Virus record (IMG/VR): IMGVR_UViG_3300033066_000778
Coordinates: 1 to 64,000 of that record
Direction: 5' to 3' (one strand)
DNA: 64,000 bases
From: a virus
Lineage: Duplodnaviria > Caudoviricetes
The translations under genes and the position numbers were made by a program. Position 1 is the stretch's first letter; each line of letters starts with the position of its first letter. Below, in pieces: positions 47,065 to 57,041 of this stretch. Below the pieces are notes generated by a model. It was not told the DNA's origin. It did not search any database and was given only the letters and a program-made list of their open reading frames with translations.

Positions 47065-47417
47065 TATAGTACTAGTCCAAAAGAAATGGTATTTAAGTCT
47101 GGGATTCGAATTACACGACCAACGTACAACCCATCAATTCTATCTAACGGATTTACAATATCGTTAGCGTAGCAGATAGCCCATCCGAGTAATGGAGTAT
47201 TGTAGAACTCATATGAGATAGCATCCGGTCGGTAAGCAAAAGCTGTCGTTACATAAAAACTTTTGTCTGTTTCTTTCTCTGGGATAGAGATAGGGGTCCA
47301 TGATCCAATAAACTTTTTCTTTGTATCTGGATCAATATAAACAGGATGATTCAAGTAACGGCTATACTGTGTAGTCGTTGACTGTTGATTGACGGGTATT
47401 AGTTCTGATACTTTCAT
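47064..47417 (-). CDS. LysM-like baseplate protein (gp53/gpX-like)
   Basis: RPDAISYEFY....W.I..AN.I.NP....G..IRIP. Confidence 0.85.
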   Translation of the reverse strand: MKVSELIPVNQQSTTTQYSRYLNHPVYIDPDTKKKFIGSWTPISIPEKETDKSFYVTTAFAYRPDAISYEFYNTPLLGWAICYANDIVNPLDRIDGLYVGRVIRIPDLNTISFGLVL

Positions 47418-48391
47418 TAGCGTCCAAAAATGCTTGAAACAGCACTTCCAACATTGGTTGAGATTATATTACTGAGGTTTCCACTTAGATAACTTGTAAC
47501 GCCGCCAACTCCAGGTATACTGTTTATACCGGGTATTGACTGTAATCCTGTTATAAGGGCTGAAGAAGCTAGATTAGACCCAGTATTTAGTGCGTTAAAT
47601 CCTAACGTAGATAAAACGGTGTTTAGACCACCTTGTAAATTACCTTGAACGCCACTTGAAACTAGAATGTTTACAATATCGTTTACGTTCATAGTTCCTA
47701 AAATTGACTTAAGTAGATCAATTGGTAGACCATCAGGTCCAGTTTCACTTCCACTAAGCAAAGCATCATTTGTTCTTGAATCTGATAGTTTTAAACTAAT
47801 CTGTTCCATTGAAGCAGGAATAGGCTTTACATCTTCAAACGTCAAATTAATCTGTACGCCATGTGGATTAATCCCTGCTGAACGGTCTACATCCCAAGGG
47901 TAATCTTGTGTTACAGAAGTTGAAACAGCCTTACAGACACCGTAAAAGTTAATGTAGTCTCCTACTTTAACAACACAGATAGGAGGAGGCTTTACAATAA
48001 ATCCTGTGTATACGGGATACACCAATGACTTACAGAATTGAACGCGTTCGTTGATTCGCTTAGGCGTCATCTCCTTATCGCTTTGTTCTGGGTTTGCAAA
48101 GAATTTAAGCGAGAAAGCCAGTGTTTCTGCTCCTGAATGAGAGTAAGTCTTAATTGGTGTTGACCGACCAAGTACGATGATATCACCATACATGGCAGCT
48201 TTACTATCCTGTATGGTATCTGGCATAAATTGAAAGGGTAATACGTCTTGTTGAATTACACCTTGTTTAAACCAGAAACGAGCAATAAAGGAAGAGTTAA
48301 CCGCAGAACGACTTAACCTTCCTTGACTACCACTAAACGCGCTCTGAACAAAAGAATTTGCTGCGCTACTGAGTATTGATCCTATTGACAT
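47417..48391 (-). CDS. Tail tube initiator (gp48/gp54/gpU-like)
   Basis: FQFMP..I.DSK.A.Y....VLGRS.P...Y..SG..L.F.L.F, PP.C...G. Confidence 0.7.
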   Translation of the reverse strand: MSIGSILSSAANSFVQSAFSGSQGRLSRSAVNSSFIARFWFKQGVIQQDVLPFQFMPDTIQDSKAAMYGDIIVLGRSTPIKTYSHSGAETLAFSLKFFANPEQSDKEMTPKRINERVQFCKSLVYPVYTGFIVKPPPICVVKVGDYINFYGVCKAVSTSVTQDYPWDVDRSAGINPHGVQINLTFEDVKPIPASMEQISLKLSDSRTNDALLSGSETGPDGLPIDLLKSILGTMNVNDIVNILVSSGVQGNLQGGLNTVLSTLGFNALNTGSNLASSALITGLQSIPGINSIPGVGGVTSYLSGNLSNIISTNVGSAVSSIFGR

Positions 48392-48394
48392 TTG

Positions 48395-51300
48395 TTAACT
48401 TAGCCTCAATGGTCCACCACCAGTGATATATTGTCCTTTGCTTAGATCTCCCCAGAACGGATTACTGTAAGAAGGCTGTTGAGCCTGAGCGCCCATTGGC
48501 TGTTGTCTTGGTTGCTTTAGTAAGGTTGCGATCTCTTTTAGTACGTTGTACGTTTGTTTGTCATGTACTTCTTGAAGTGTTTCAGCGTCTTCGCGTTTTA
48601 CTTCTGGTTTTACTATGGTATTTTGAGAGACAGAATCAGTTGGTTTCTCTTGCGCAACAACTGAAGAAGTATCCGGAATAGTTATAGCACCACCAACTGA
48701 AGATTTAGGTGCGACAATATTTTCTGTACCCGTTTGTCCACCACTTCGTGTCGTAGAAACCGTGTTATTAGGAAGGGTTGCTATTACTGTTAAGGGCCTA
48801 CCTGTATCCGCACTCTTTAATGCCGTACCTAGTTCGCCTTGTTTTTTATCTGGTGACGCGGAGGTGGCTGTGTACGTTGCTTCCGTTGCATCCGTTGTTC
48901 CTGGGCTAAATTTATGTTTCGCTTTTGCTTGAGCGTTTAACTGCCTACCTAATGCCGTTAGTTCATCTCGTGAAAGTCGAGGTGAGTTATATTCTTTTGC
49001 TATCTTTTCGCCATACTCTTCTGCTTCTTTTGATATATCTCGTCCGTCAGGCGCGAACCATCGTCCACCCCTAGTATTAGCGCCTCTTGTTACAGTTCCT
49101 TCTCCTGAATGATACGTAACCCCAACTAATTGTGCTTGTTCGGGGGTCATTTCTCCGTCAGAAATACCGTAGAAGCGTTTGATATTGGTTAGTTTTTGTA
49201 AGGCTTTTTCTGTACTCTTTACAGGATCTTTCGCGTCTGCATCTGATAAGCCGTATTCACGGCGTGTCCCAGGAACGAATTGCCAAAGACCCATTGCTCC
49301 GGAATCTTTGTTTGTTCTACCAGAATCATATTGACCACCAGTTTCTATCCCCGCAATAACATCCGCTAATTTAGGGTCAAACTTGTTCTGTTGTGCTACT
49401 TGTTTTATTAGCTCTCTTACTTCAGCTTTACTACCAATTTCTTGCTTTTCTGTAAAGTTGCTAAGCCTCTCGTTGACCTCGCTCAATGCACCACGTAAGA
49501 AATGCTCTTGCCTTACAGAATATGGCATTGATGGAGCACCCTTGTCTAGTATCGTCCCCTTTATATGCTTTTCATAATCATCTTTAGTGGCTAGATAGTC
49601 CTTTATTTCTTTACTATACGTGTCTTTTAGTTTCTTTTGTTCAGCTTCATATTGTGTCTTTAGTTTAGTAAGATTCGCTTCAGATTCATCTGATTTCAGT
49701 TTATCCGCTGCTTCTAGTCTACCTTTAAAACTGTGAAATGTTTGATCAGAATATTGCCCAGTCTTATTTAGATGGATAAGCCTTTGCTCTATTTCTTGTT
49801 TCTGTTCTTTTGTCTTTATATCGTGTATGTCATTAATCAAGCGATCTTGAACAGCGTTATTTCGCTGATCGTCATGAATAGCTAAGTCTTCTTTTTCTTT
49901 TCTTTTTGCCTCTATTTTACTATTTATCCATGTTCCAATTGCTACCCCAGCCCCTCCAGCTAAAACAGCTAGGACGAGTGTTCCAAGAGATAGTGTAGCC
50001 GTTGAAGTTAATGCTGTAAGCACACCCTGTATCATACCACTAAACCCGCCAGAGGCTACAGTAGTACCTAATTGACGCGCCATTAACAATGCTTGGGAGG
50101 CTTGAGGGGCTGCGGCAGCTGCTGTACCGACTGCGGTAGTTGCTGCACCGGCAGCTTGTCCTAAAAGTGGATTAAACCTTCCTAATCCAACTAAGCTAAG
50201 TAGTAATTGACCTAAACGTCCAACACCTAGAGCATTAGAAATCGCTCTAACTACACCAGCGACTAACGGCCCAACAATGAACCCGGCAACGAGGGAAGCC
50301 ATCCCTAACCCACCGAGCCCTAACCCAGACCCGCCGGTTATTTTGTCTATAAAGTCAACGGCTTTCTTTATCCATTCTCCGACCTTACTCATTACGTTCT
50401 TAAAGTCAACGACAGCTTCTGAGAACTTCCTTACTATACGTGTTTCCATTTCAGTAAAGAACTGACTGATCTGTTGGTCTAACGTAACGAAAGGACGCTC
50501 GTACTTAATAGCAGCATTTTCTAAAGATTTAGACGCTTCTTTAAAGCTCTGTTCTATTTTTTGCTGCTCTAACTTACCATCTTTTTCCTGGTAAGTTCCT
50601 TTAGCCATTGCAGCGATATCTTGATTTGAAAATTCCTTTAGTCCAAAGACATCAGCTGTCTGTCGTCTAAGGTAAAGTTGCTCGTTAGAAGCGTTATCTC
50701 CACCCGTTTGGCTATAGATCTCTCTTGCCTTAGCAGCAAACTTAGCCATGTTACCGGAAGCATCGGCTGGATTAAGGCCAAGGATCATAGATTGAATGAG
50801 AGCATCTTCTGATCCCTCAGACATTCTATTCATCTTAGCTACAGTTTCATCTACGTTCATTCCCATTGCAGCTATAGCTTTGCCAACTTCCATAGAGTTC
50901 ACTACAAACTCTTGGGAAGCTTTAGAACTTAAGCCGTATGCTCTTGCAATGTTTGGTAGTACGTCAAGTAGCTTTTTGAACTGATCCGTCGTCATGTTAG
51001 ACTGACGGTAAACAGCTGTTGTACTTAACGCGAATTTTTCCATCTCCGCATAAGTAAGACCAAGTTTCTTATGGAAATCCATTAGAGTTGCTGCTGACTC
51101 TGCTATTGGAATCCCAATACCCTTAAACAGTCCAGCAGCACCTTCTGTTAAGTTTTTAATACTACCCGCAGTATTCTTACTATACTTTTCTGACTCTGAA
51201 GCATACGTGGCAAAAGACCCCATAGCTTCTTTTCGTTGCTCTGGGGTTAAACCAAAGGATAATGCAGTCTCAGGAACGATAGATTGAGTTAAAAGAGTAT

Positions 51301-51970
51301 CTTGATACTTCTTAAGATCGCCATTTGTATTAGTAATCTTAGTATGTAATTGACCTAGATAAGTATCGTACTCTTTCAGTCTACCTATGACATTAAAGAA
51401 AATACCAAAACTGGCAGTAAGCCCTTGAGCTACTGCCGGTCCAGCCATCGCCTTTAACTTTTCAGAAAACGTGGAGAATGTCTTTGTAGTTTCTTTTGCT
51501 TGGTCGTCTACTTCTTTAAGGGCTTTCTTTGTTTTCTTTGACCCTTCTTCAGTCGCAGCAGTCGATTCCTTTACGGCAGCTGAAGCTTCGGTAGCAGCAG
51601 TTTTAATACTCTCGGATGTTTTTTTACTTGTTTCAGCTATTTTAGAGTGTGTTTTTTCACCGAGAGCCGTGATCATCTGCCCCATTTTTTCAATGGAGTT
51701 TGACCATTTATTTGATGTTTCAGAGATTTTTTTTAAGTTACTATTAAGTACATTAAGTCTTGAGTCAAAACCATTCGTAAAAGTTTTTAGTTGATCTTCT
51801 ATGCCCTTAAAAGAATCTTTAATTTCTTTTGCGGTTTCTTTTATGTCTGTACTAAAACCAATACGAATATCTGTACCAACAAGGCTACCACCACCAATAG
51901 GCGACTGTGATTTAGCCCCACCCTTTCCAAGTGGTTTTTGCGTATTTGATGGTGGTGTATTGTTAGCCAT
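48395..51970 (-). CDS. Tape measure protein with lytic transglycosylase domain
   Basis: Long Ala/Lys helical protein with hydrophobic segments; SLT motifs IETGG..SGAMGLWQF.P.T and YHSG. Confidence 0.85.
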   Translation of the reverse strand: MANNTPPSNTQKPLGKGGAKSQSPIGGGSLVGTDIRIGFSTDIKETAKEIKDSFKGIEDQLKTFTNGFDSRLNVLNSNLKKISETSNKWSNSIEKMGQMITALGEKTHSKIAETSKKTSESIKTAATEASAAVKESTAATEEGSKKTKKALKEVDDQAKETTKTFSTFSEKLKAMAGPAVAQGLTASFGIFFNVIGRLKEYDTYLGQLHTKITNTNGDLKKYQDTLLTQSIVPETALSFGLTPEQRKEAMGSFATYASESEKYSKNTAGSIKNLTEGAAGLFKGIGIPIAESAATLMDFHKKLGLTYAEMEKFALSTTAVYRQSNMTTDQFKKLLDVLPNIARAYGLSSKASQEFVVNSMEVGKAIAAMGMNVDETVAKMNRMSEGSEDALIQSMILGLNPADASGNMAKFAAKAREIYSQTGGDNASNEQLYLRRQTADVFGLKEFSNQDIAAMAKGTYQEKDGKLEQQKIEQSFKEASKSLENAAIKYERPFVTLDQQISQFFTEMETRIVRKFSEAVVDFKNVMSKVGEWIKKAVDFIDKITGGSGLGLGGLGMASLVAGFIVGPLVAGVVRAISNALGVGRLGQLLLSLVGLGRFNPLLGQAAGAATTAVGTAAAAAPQASQALLMARQLGTTVASGGFSGMIQGVLTALTSTATLSLGTLVLAVLAGGAGVAIGTWINSKIEAKRKEKEDLAIHDDQRNNAVQDRLINDIHDIKTKEQKQEIEQRLIHLNKTGQYSDQTFHSFKGRLEAADKLKSDESEANLTKLKTQYEAEQKKLKDTYSKEIKDYLATKDDYEKHIKGTILDKGAPSMPYSVRQEHFLRGALSEVNERLSNFTEKQEIGSKAEVRELIKQVAQQNKFDPKLADVIAGIETGGQYDSGRTNKDSGAMGLWQFVPGTRREYGLSDADAKDPVKSTEKALQKLTNIKRFYGISDGEMTPEQAQLVGVTYHSGEGTVTRGANTRGGRWFAPDGRDISKEAEEYGEKIAKEYNSPRLSRDELTALGRQLNAQAKAKHKFSPGTTDATEATYTATSASPDKKQGELGTALKSADTGRPLTVIATLPNNTVSTTRSGGQTGTENIVAPKSSVGGAITIPDTSSVVAQEKPTDSVSQNTIVKPEVKREDAETLQEVHDKQTYNVLKEIATLLKQPRQQPMGAQAQQPSYSNPFWGDLSKGQYITGGGPLRLS

Positions 51971-52122
51971 TAGATTCCTTCTTCTAGTGCTTCAAGACCG
52001 TTAGACTCCTTTTTTCTACTTTTTAGCTCATCATAGAATATGTACAATTCATATAATGGCATCGTGTCCACGTCGTTATACGAGAATCTTCCGTATTGTA
52101 TTAGATCAAGCTGCATCTTCAT
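51970..52122 (-). CDS. 50-aa gp51-like tail/hub assembly protein (not in ORF track; possibly a frameshift extension of the upstream gene)
   Basis: MKMQLDLIQYGRFSYNDVDTMPLYELYIFYDELKSRKKE..; TAATG overlap with the tape measure gene. Confidence 0.7.
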   Translation of the reverse strand: MKMQLDLIQYGRFSYNDVDTMPLYELYIFYDELKSRKKESNGLEALEEGI

Positions 52123-52945
52123 TAGAGACAGCTTCTCCTCCAAGGTCAGGACGAAAAAATTCCGCCGTCATCGGTAGATCGGTCGTAATTTCCTTTCCGC
52201 AAATCTTGCAGTCAACATGGATATCTGTTTTGAGTCCAGGTGTTCTCTTATCAAATTGATTCTTTAAGAAAGAACAATCCTTTGCGGAAAGTCTGGAAAC
52301 CAATTCCATAGCAGTCATCATGTCTAATGCACGACCGTTTACACTTACAAGATGTTTTGCAATTCTATAAATGTAACCAGGATCACCATCGGTGTAATTG
52401 CCCTTCTTAATTTCCTTCTCAACGTAGTTCTTGATAACCTTCGTATCCTTACCTCTAAGTAATCTAAATTGAATAGCTAGTTTACTATCTGGTAAGGTTG
52501 TATAGAAAGGTTCAACCTCATTGTCAACAGGAGGGACAACTTCAAGATCACCGGGGATCTTAACTGTGTATTTTGCGGAGGATTCACAGGAAGGACAGGT
52601 AAGGTCAAACTTATAGTCCTCACCATAACTATTTGCCCTTAAAGCAAAAAGAAGGTAGAATCTATCAGTGACCAATAACTGTTCGGGGGTAATTTTGGTA
52701 ACAAGACAACGACTAAGAATAACATCAATTACGTCATCAACGTTATTACCCTTAATACCTGCGACGAGTTTTTCTTCTCGTGCGGACATGGGCTTAATTT
52801 CAAGTTGTCCGTTTTGAACTAACCCATCTTCATAGTAAAGGCCCTTGGACGGTAAGTCAACAAGGGCTGTGACGGGTTTAGGAATGAGTGAAATTAGCTC
52901 GTCTAATGAGATAACTTCATTTGTTTTTGTAGAGGATCTAGCCAT
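52106..52945 (-). CDS. gp26-like baseplate hub/tail assembly chaperone
   Basis: LPSKGLYY, MSAREE, DR.YLL..LR..SYG, CPSC..CKIC, FFRP. Confidence 0.8.
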   Translation of the reverse strand: MARSSTKTNEVISLDELISLIPKPVTALVDLPSKGLYYEDGLVQNGQLEIKPMSAREEKLVAGIKGNNVDDVIDVILSRCLVTKITPEQLLVTDRFYLLFALRANSYGEDYKFDLTCPSCESSAKYTVKIPGDLEVVPPVDNEVEPFYTTLPDSKLAIQFRLLRGKDTKVIKNYVEKEIKKGNYTDGDPGYIYRIAKHLVSVNGRALDMMTAMELVSRLSAKDCSFLKNQFDKRTPGLKTDIHVDCKICGKEITTDLPMTAEFFRPDLGGEAVSNEDAA

Positions 52946-52949
52946 TTTG

Positions 52950-53015
52950 AATCTCCTATTCGAATAAATATAGTGTATTTATACATAAAAAACAAGTTGT
53001 CGAAATTAGGAGATT
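52950..53015 (-). promoter_or_regulatory. Promoter embedded in an SD-sequestering inverted repeat
   Basis: TTGTTT-N17-TATATT (52995-52967), with T4-late-like TATAAATA (52976-52983) in the spacer; flanked by AATCTCCTA(AT)TTCGA / TCGAATAGGAGATT. Confidence 0.65.
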
Positions 53016-53046
53016 TTCTCTACAAAACAAATCTTAGGGAATTAGC

Positions 53047-54930
53047 TTATTTCTTTTTTGGCTTTCCTGCTGTAGCTAAAGCGAAAGAAGCTAATTGGCT
53101 TGCGCCGGATCTACTTAATTTAGGACTTTCTTTTTCGGGTTTCGCTGAAGTTGGACCTACTACTGGTTTTGCTTGTTCATGAGAGGGTGCTTCACCAGCT
53201 TTTCTACTTAGGTCTGCACCGAGTAGTATCCGTCTAATGGAGTCTGGAGCCGAGGAACCCGGTGTGGGCCGGGCCAAACGAATATTCGTATTTGGTTCAT
53301 TTTGAACAGTACGAACAACGCCAGGAGCGGGAGGACTGGTATCAACACGACGTTCATCATCCTTACCGGCTACAGTAAATGAAGAATCGAATGCAGGTTT
53401 ATCTTCAGCAGTTGCTCCACCAAAATCTGCTATGAACTTAGTAGCATTTGGAGATAGTGCTGAAGCATGGAGTCCTGGGATCTTTGGAGCGGGTTGTCCG
53501 GACTTCGCCGCTAGTTCTGCTTTTGCTGCTAAAAGATCTGCCATTCTTTTACGAACAGGAATGGCCGCTGCCTGTTTGGCTTCGAAGTCTTGCTTTCTAC
53601 TTTCAAGCTCACTGGCTTTTTGTTCTTTTCTTTTCTGAGACTCCGCAGCGAGGTCAGCCTGCCTTTTAGTAAGATCTTCATAAGAAGGGCCAGAAGGCTT
53701 AGGAATTGGAGCTTCATACGTCGTTACTCTTGTTTTATGACCACCGATTGGTCTAGCACCTTGTTGTACGTTGCTCTCTGGAGGCTCTGCCTTCGAAGGT
53801 TTAAGATTTCTTATAACACCTTGAATACTTCTTGTCCGACCTATGTTATTGTCAACAGTAGCTCGTAGTGCTTCTTCTTTTGACGGTGTTGGTGTAGCTG
53901 CGATTGTTTTCGGTGCTGGTTTAGCACTTGGCATCGTTGGGGCGATACTTGGTGCTACAACAGAAGGTATTGGTGTAGTTAGACCAGATGTTGACAGTTT
54001 TTCAGGTGGTAGAGCATCGGTAACCGTACTAAACGTACCGGCTGTTCTGCCTTTTGGGCGTTCTGTCGGTGAAGCAGGAGCAGCGTTTGGACGTGGAGTA
54101 GGTGGTTCCTCAAACTTTGGCTTCTTCTCAGCACCGTTGTACCAAGGGTCATCCAACATAGGCGTTCCATCATCCCACGTTGGTCCAGCAATCTTAGATT
54201 TTAGTACAGGTTTCTCTTGCGCTGTTGCTTTACTTTGGCGACCGGCTTCTATAATTGCTCTAATTCCATGTGGGTTAATAGCACCGGCAAGAAACTTTCC
54301 ACGGTTACCAGCAAACATTCTTTCTAATGTTTCAGCCGGATGTTCTCCTTCTCTTTGTACTGCTTCGGCGGCTAACTGTGGGTTCTTACTTCCGATTCCT
54401 GCTCTGATATGGTCAATAAACTTTGACATATGTTCAGGAGACGAAAGCATGGTATGTACATCTTCTTGTGAAATTAAGTGCCCTACGTAACTATGAATTT
54501 TATCACGAAGTGCCGAAACAGTTCCAGCGATCGGATTTCTCTTCGTAAGTTCGTCGTACCTAGTTCCTACAAGATCTTTCTTACTAAGTTCCTTTTTAGT
54601 TGCGTCATCAGAAGAAGCTGTAATAGGTTCAGGTAGTGTATCATCTACCTCATATAGATTAAGAGAATTTTTTATAGCTTCTTTAAAAGAAAGTGAAAAC
54701 ATATTGATACCTTCATCCATATGAGTTTTTAAACCTAGTGCTTCTGCTCTTCGTCGGATATGTGCTGTAGCTGCTGCTTTATTCTTAGCGTGACCTCGTA
54801 GTCGTTCTGCGTTACGGAGATCCTTTTCGTTCTCGATAGGAAACGAACCATCACCCATTGCAGAACCTTTTTTAGCAAGTTTCTTTCTCTTTTTAGAAGA
54901 GAAGAATCTTTCTACGAGGTCAGTAGTCAT
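53047..54930 (-). CDS. Hypothetical Pro/Ala-rich protein, probable head-associated/internal protein
   Basis: N-terminal helical domain GSFPIEN.KDLRNA..AHIRRRA..LG, then low complexity. Start MTTDL chosen to avoid overlap with the tube gene. Confidence 0.6.
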   Translation of the reverse strand: MTTDLVERFFSSKKRKKLAKKGSAMGDGSFPIENEKDLRNAERLRGHAKNKAAATAHIRRRAEALGLKTHMDEGINMFSLSFKEAIKNSLNLYEVDDTLPEPITASSDDATKKELSKKDLVGTRYDELTKRNPIAGTVSALRDKIHSYVGHLISQEDVHTMLSSPEHMSKFIDHIRAGIGSKNPQLAAEAVQREGEHPAETLERMFAGNRGKFLAGAINPHGIRAIIEAGRQSKATAQEKPVLKSKIAGPTWDDGTPMLDDPWYNGAEKKPKFEEPPTPRPNAAPASPTERPKGRTAGTFSTVTDALPPEKLSTSGLTTPIPSVVAPSIAPTMPSAKPAPKTIAATPTPSKEEALRATVDNNIGRTRSIQGVIRNLKPSKAEPPESNVQQGARPIGGHKTRVTTYEAPIPKPSGPSYEDLTKRQADLAAESQKRKEQKASELESRKQDFEAKQAAAIPVRKRMADLLAAKAELAAKSGQPAPKIPGLHASALSPNATKFIADFGGATAEDKPAFDSSFTVAGKDDERRVDTSPPAPGVVRTVQNEPNTNIRLARPTPGSSAPDSIRRILLGADLSRKAGEAPSHEQAKPVVGPTSAKPEKESPKLSRSGASQLASFALATAGKPKKK

Positions 54931-54934
54931 AGAA

Positions 54935-55447
54935 TTAAAGCTGCATCTCCCAACGGTCAACTTGAAGCGTTAGAGAGATCTTAACTTCCCCTTGGTCGGT
55001 TTCATAGGTAAGATCAGAGAAAGTCATTGAAGAAGGCCAAACACCCTTAGCAACAACCGCTCTCTTAATTTCACCCTTGGGGTCAACTAGCTGAATCGTT
55101 CCTTGCTTCTTATAATCAGAAGCATAACCAATCTTACCAGTAGCTGGATCATGTACCTGTTCCATCCACTTGTTAAGAACGCGAAGAGTTGGCTTATCAA
55201 CGAAGTCGCGAACTACGATGGAATTTGCACCGACGTGCGCTCCACCGGAAACCTTGACATCTTCGTTCATGTAGCGAAGGTGCATAACCGCTGTATTCAA
55301 AGCAGGCATCTGTACCTTTTCAACTGATAGACGAATAAGCTCAACATCGTCAATACCGGATAAGAGAAGTACCCAGTTAAATACTCTCTGGGGCTCAAAC
55401 CCACCACCAGCAGGAGCTAGGTGTGAAGCACTTGGACTATAGGCCAT
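54935..55447 (-). CDS. Tail tube protein (gp19-like)
   Basis: FEPQR.FNW..W.EQV.DP.TG..G..SDYKK...L.DP.G..GVWP. Confidence 0.9.
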   Translation of the reverse strand: MAYSPSASHLAPAGGGFEPQRVFNWVLLLSGIDDVELIRLSVEKVQMPALNTAVMHLRYMNEDVKVSGGAHVGANSIVVRDFVDKPTLRVLNKWMEQVHDPATGKIGYASDYKKQGTIQLVDPKGEIKRAVVAKGVWPSSMTFSDLTYETDQGEVKISLTLQVDRWEMQL

Positions 55448-55946
55448 TGTTAGTAATCTCCTTTTGTGCTGCCCATTCCATTAGTAGTGGGCAATAAATT
55501 TTGATGTTTTCTACCATTTCGTCATCAGTAAAACTGTCTTTTAGTTTGTTGATGAACTTATGGATTAGTCTTAAGTTCTCTTTTTTACTTGACCCACCAC
55601 GAGAGAGTGGTAAAATATGGTCGATTTCGATATTTAAACCAGGGACGAGGTCTAATCCACTTATTGCGCATTTTCCTCGTTGTTCATGCCAGAGTGCTAA
55701 AATGACCTTACTAAATTCCGATTTAGAGTAACCACATCGCCTTGATGTTCCTGCGTATGACATACTCCAATGTTTTAAGCACTTGTTTGTTACTCCTACT
55801 GGAGGTTCGTTACATCCCATACTCACTGTACATTTGTTTGCGTATATTTTTACTTGGCGCATCCTATTGAGTTTGGCTCTATATATTTTGTGGGGTATAC
55901 TGCCTGTTTTCTTCTTGGTTGACTTTTTCCGTGTGCGTTTTGTCAT
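55437..55946 (-). CDS. HNH endonuclease
   Basis: Q.G.CAISG..IDHILPLSRGG....NL...H..IN..K. Confidence 0.85.
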   Translation of the reverse strand: MTKRTRKKSTKKKTGSIPHKIYRAKLNRMRQVKIYANKCTVSMGCNEPPVGVTNKCLKHWSMSYAGTSRRCGYSKSEFSKVILALWHEQRGKCAISGLDLVPGLNIEIDHILPLSRGGSSKKENLRLIHKFINKLKDSFTDDEMVENIKIYCPLLMEWAAQKEITNNGL

Positions 55947-56388
55947 CAGTAACTAAATCTTTTTTAGCTCTAGACTTCACCATAAATCTTATGGTTTCAA
56001 AGATCGTATCAATTGGATCATTAGCTCTACGGAATATAATCGGAGTTGTTAAAGGCTGTTTGGACTTAAGATCCTCAATGACTTTGGAGATCTCGTAGTT
56101 ATTAGCCGCGATGTATAAAATAGGCGTATTATCTGAGTAGTCAAGAGCTTCTTGTAATGAGATCTTGTTATTAGTCAGAATGATTACTGGTTCTTGTTCT
56201 AACTCAGCCATAAACTCTTGTTTAGTACCGGCTGTTAAAACATCGTACCCCAATTTCGACAAAAAGTAGATATACTTTGTTTTTGCCGAAAATGTAGACG
56301 GATCCTTTACTTGATTCTCTACTTTATGATACCCACGATCATCGGAGTACATAATTTTGTTTATTGACTTGTAATAAAGTATTTTCAT
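55879..56388 (-). CDS. Hypothetical protein between the HNH genes
   Basis: 169-aa ORF in operon orientation. Confidence 0.65.
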   Translation of the reverse strand: MKILYYKSINKIMYSDDRGYHKVENQVKDPSTFSAKTKYIYFLSKLGYDVLTAGTKQEFMAELEQEPVIILTNNKISLQEALDYSDNTPILYIAANNYEISKVIEDLKSKQPLTTPIIFRRANDPIDTIFETIRFMVKSRAKKDLVTDDKTHTEKVNQEENRQYTPQNI

Positions 56389-56402
56389 ATAATTACTTGA
56401 TT

Positions 56403-57041
56403 TTAAGTTCCTTGAAAAAGGTATTCAATCTTTGGCGTTGCCCACTCTAAAAGCTTTGGAGCAAGTTCTACTATTTTATTAACCAACTCACCGTCTGTAC
56501 TATCTTTCTTAAAAAGGTTTACAGCGTAGTGTACAAAGCGAAGATTAGTAATTTCGTTTGTTCCACCTTTTGATACAGGTAGAATATGATCAATAGTTGC
56601 TGTGCTACCGGGTATTAGTGGTATACCAGTAATAGCACAGCAACCATTTTGTTTCTGCCATAGACTTAAAAGAGCACTTGTATCAAAATTTTCTTGTCTA
56701 TTTTTATTTTCTGAGTATTTACGCGCAATCGACCTAATCCAATGTTCTAAACAATACTTTGACTTACCCGCTTGCTCTTTTTTACAGTACAATGCTGCTA
56801 CACATTTACCCGAAGGTATTTTATTACGAAATTTTATCCACGATTCTTTTTGTACTTTTAAGTAATTAGCTCTTCGTTCTGGATCTGCATCTCTAAGAGC
56901 TACTGATTTTTTAGCTACCTCTCGTCTTTTAAGATATTGCTCATCAGTTAGTTTCATATACCTTTTCCTTGACTTTATAGCAACCTTATTAGTTGAGTAT
57001 TCTTCGCTTGTTTTGTCTACTGTGTAGCGTTTTTTGTCCAT
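56403..57041 (-). CDS. HNH endonuclease
   Basis: QNGCCAITG..IDHILPVSKGG....NL..VH..VN..K. Confidence 0.85.
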   Translation of the reverse strand: MDKKRYTVDKTSEEYSTNKVAIKSRKRYMKLTDEQYLKRREVAKKSVALRDADPERRANYLKVQKESWIKFRNKIPSGKCVAALYCKKEQAGKSKYCLEHWIRSIARKYSENKNRQENFDTSALLSLWQKQNGCCAITGIPLIPGSTATIDHILPVSKGGTNEITNLRFVHYAVNLFKKDSTDGELVNKIVELAPKLLEWATPKIEYLFQGT

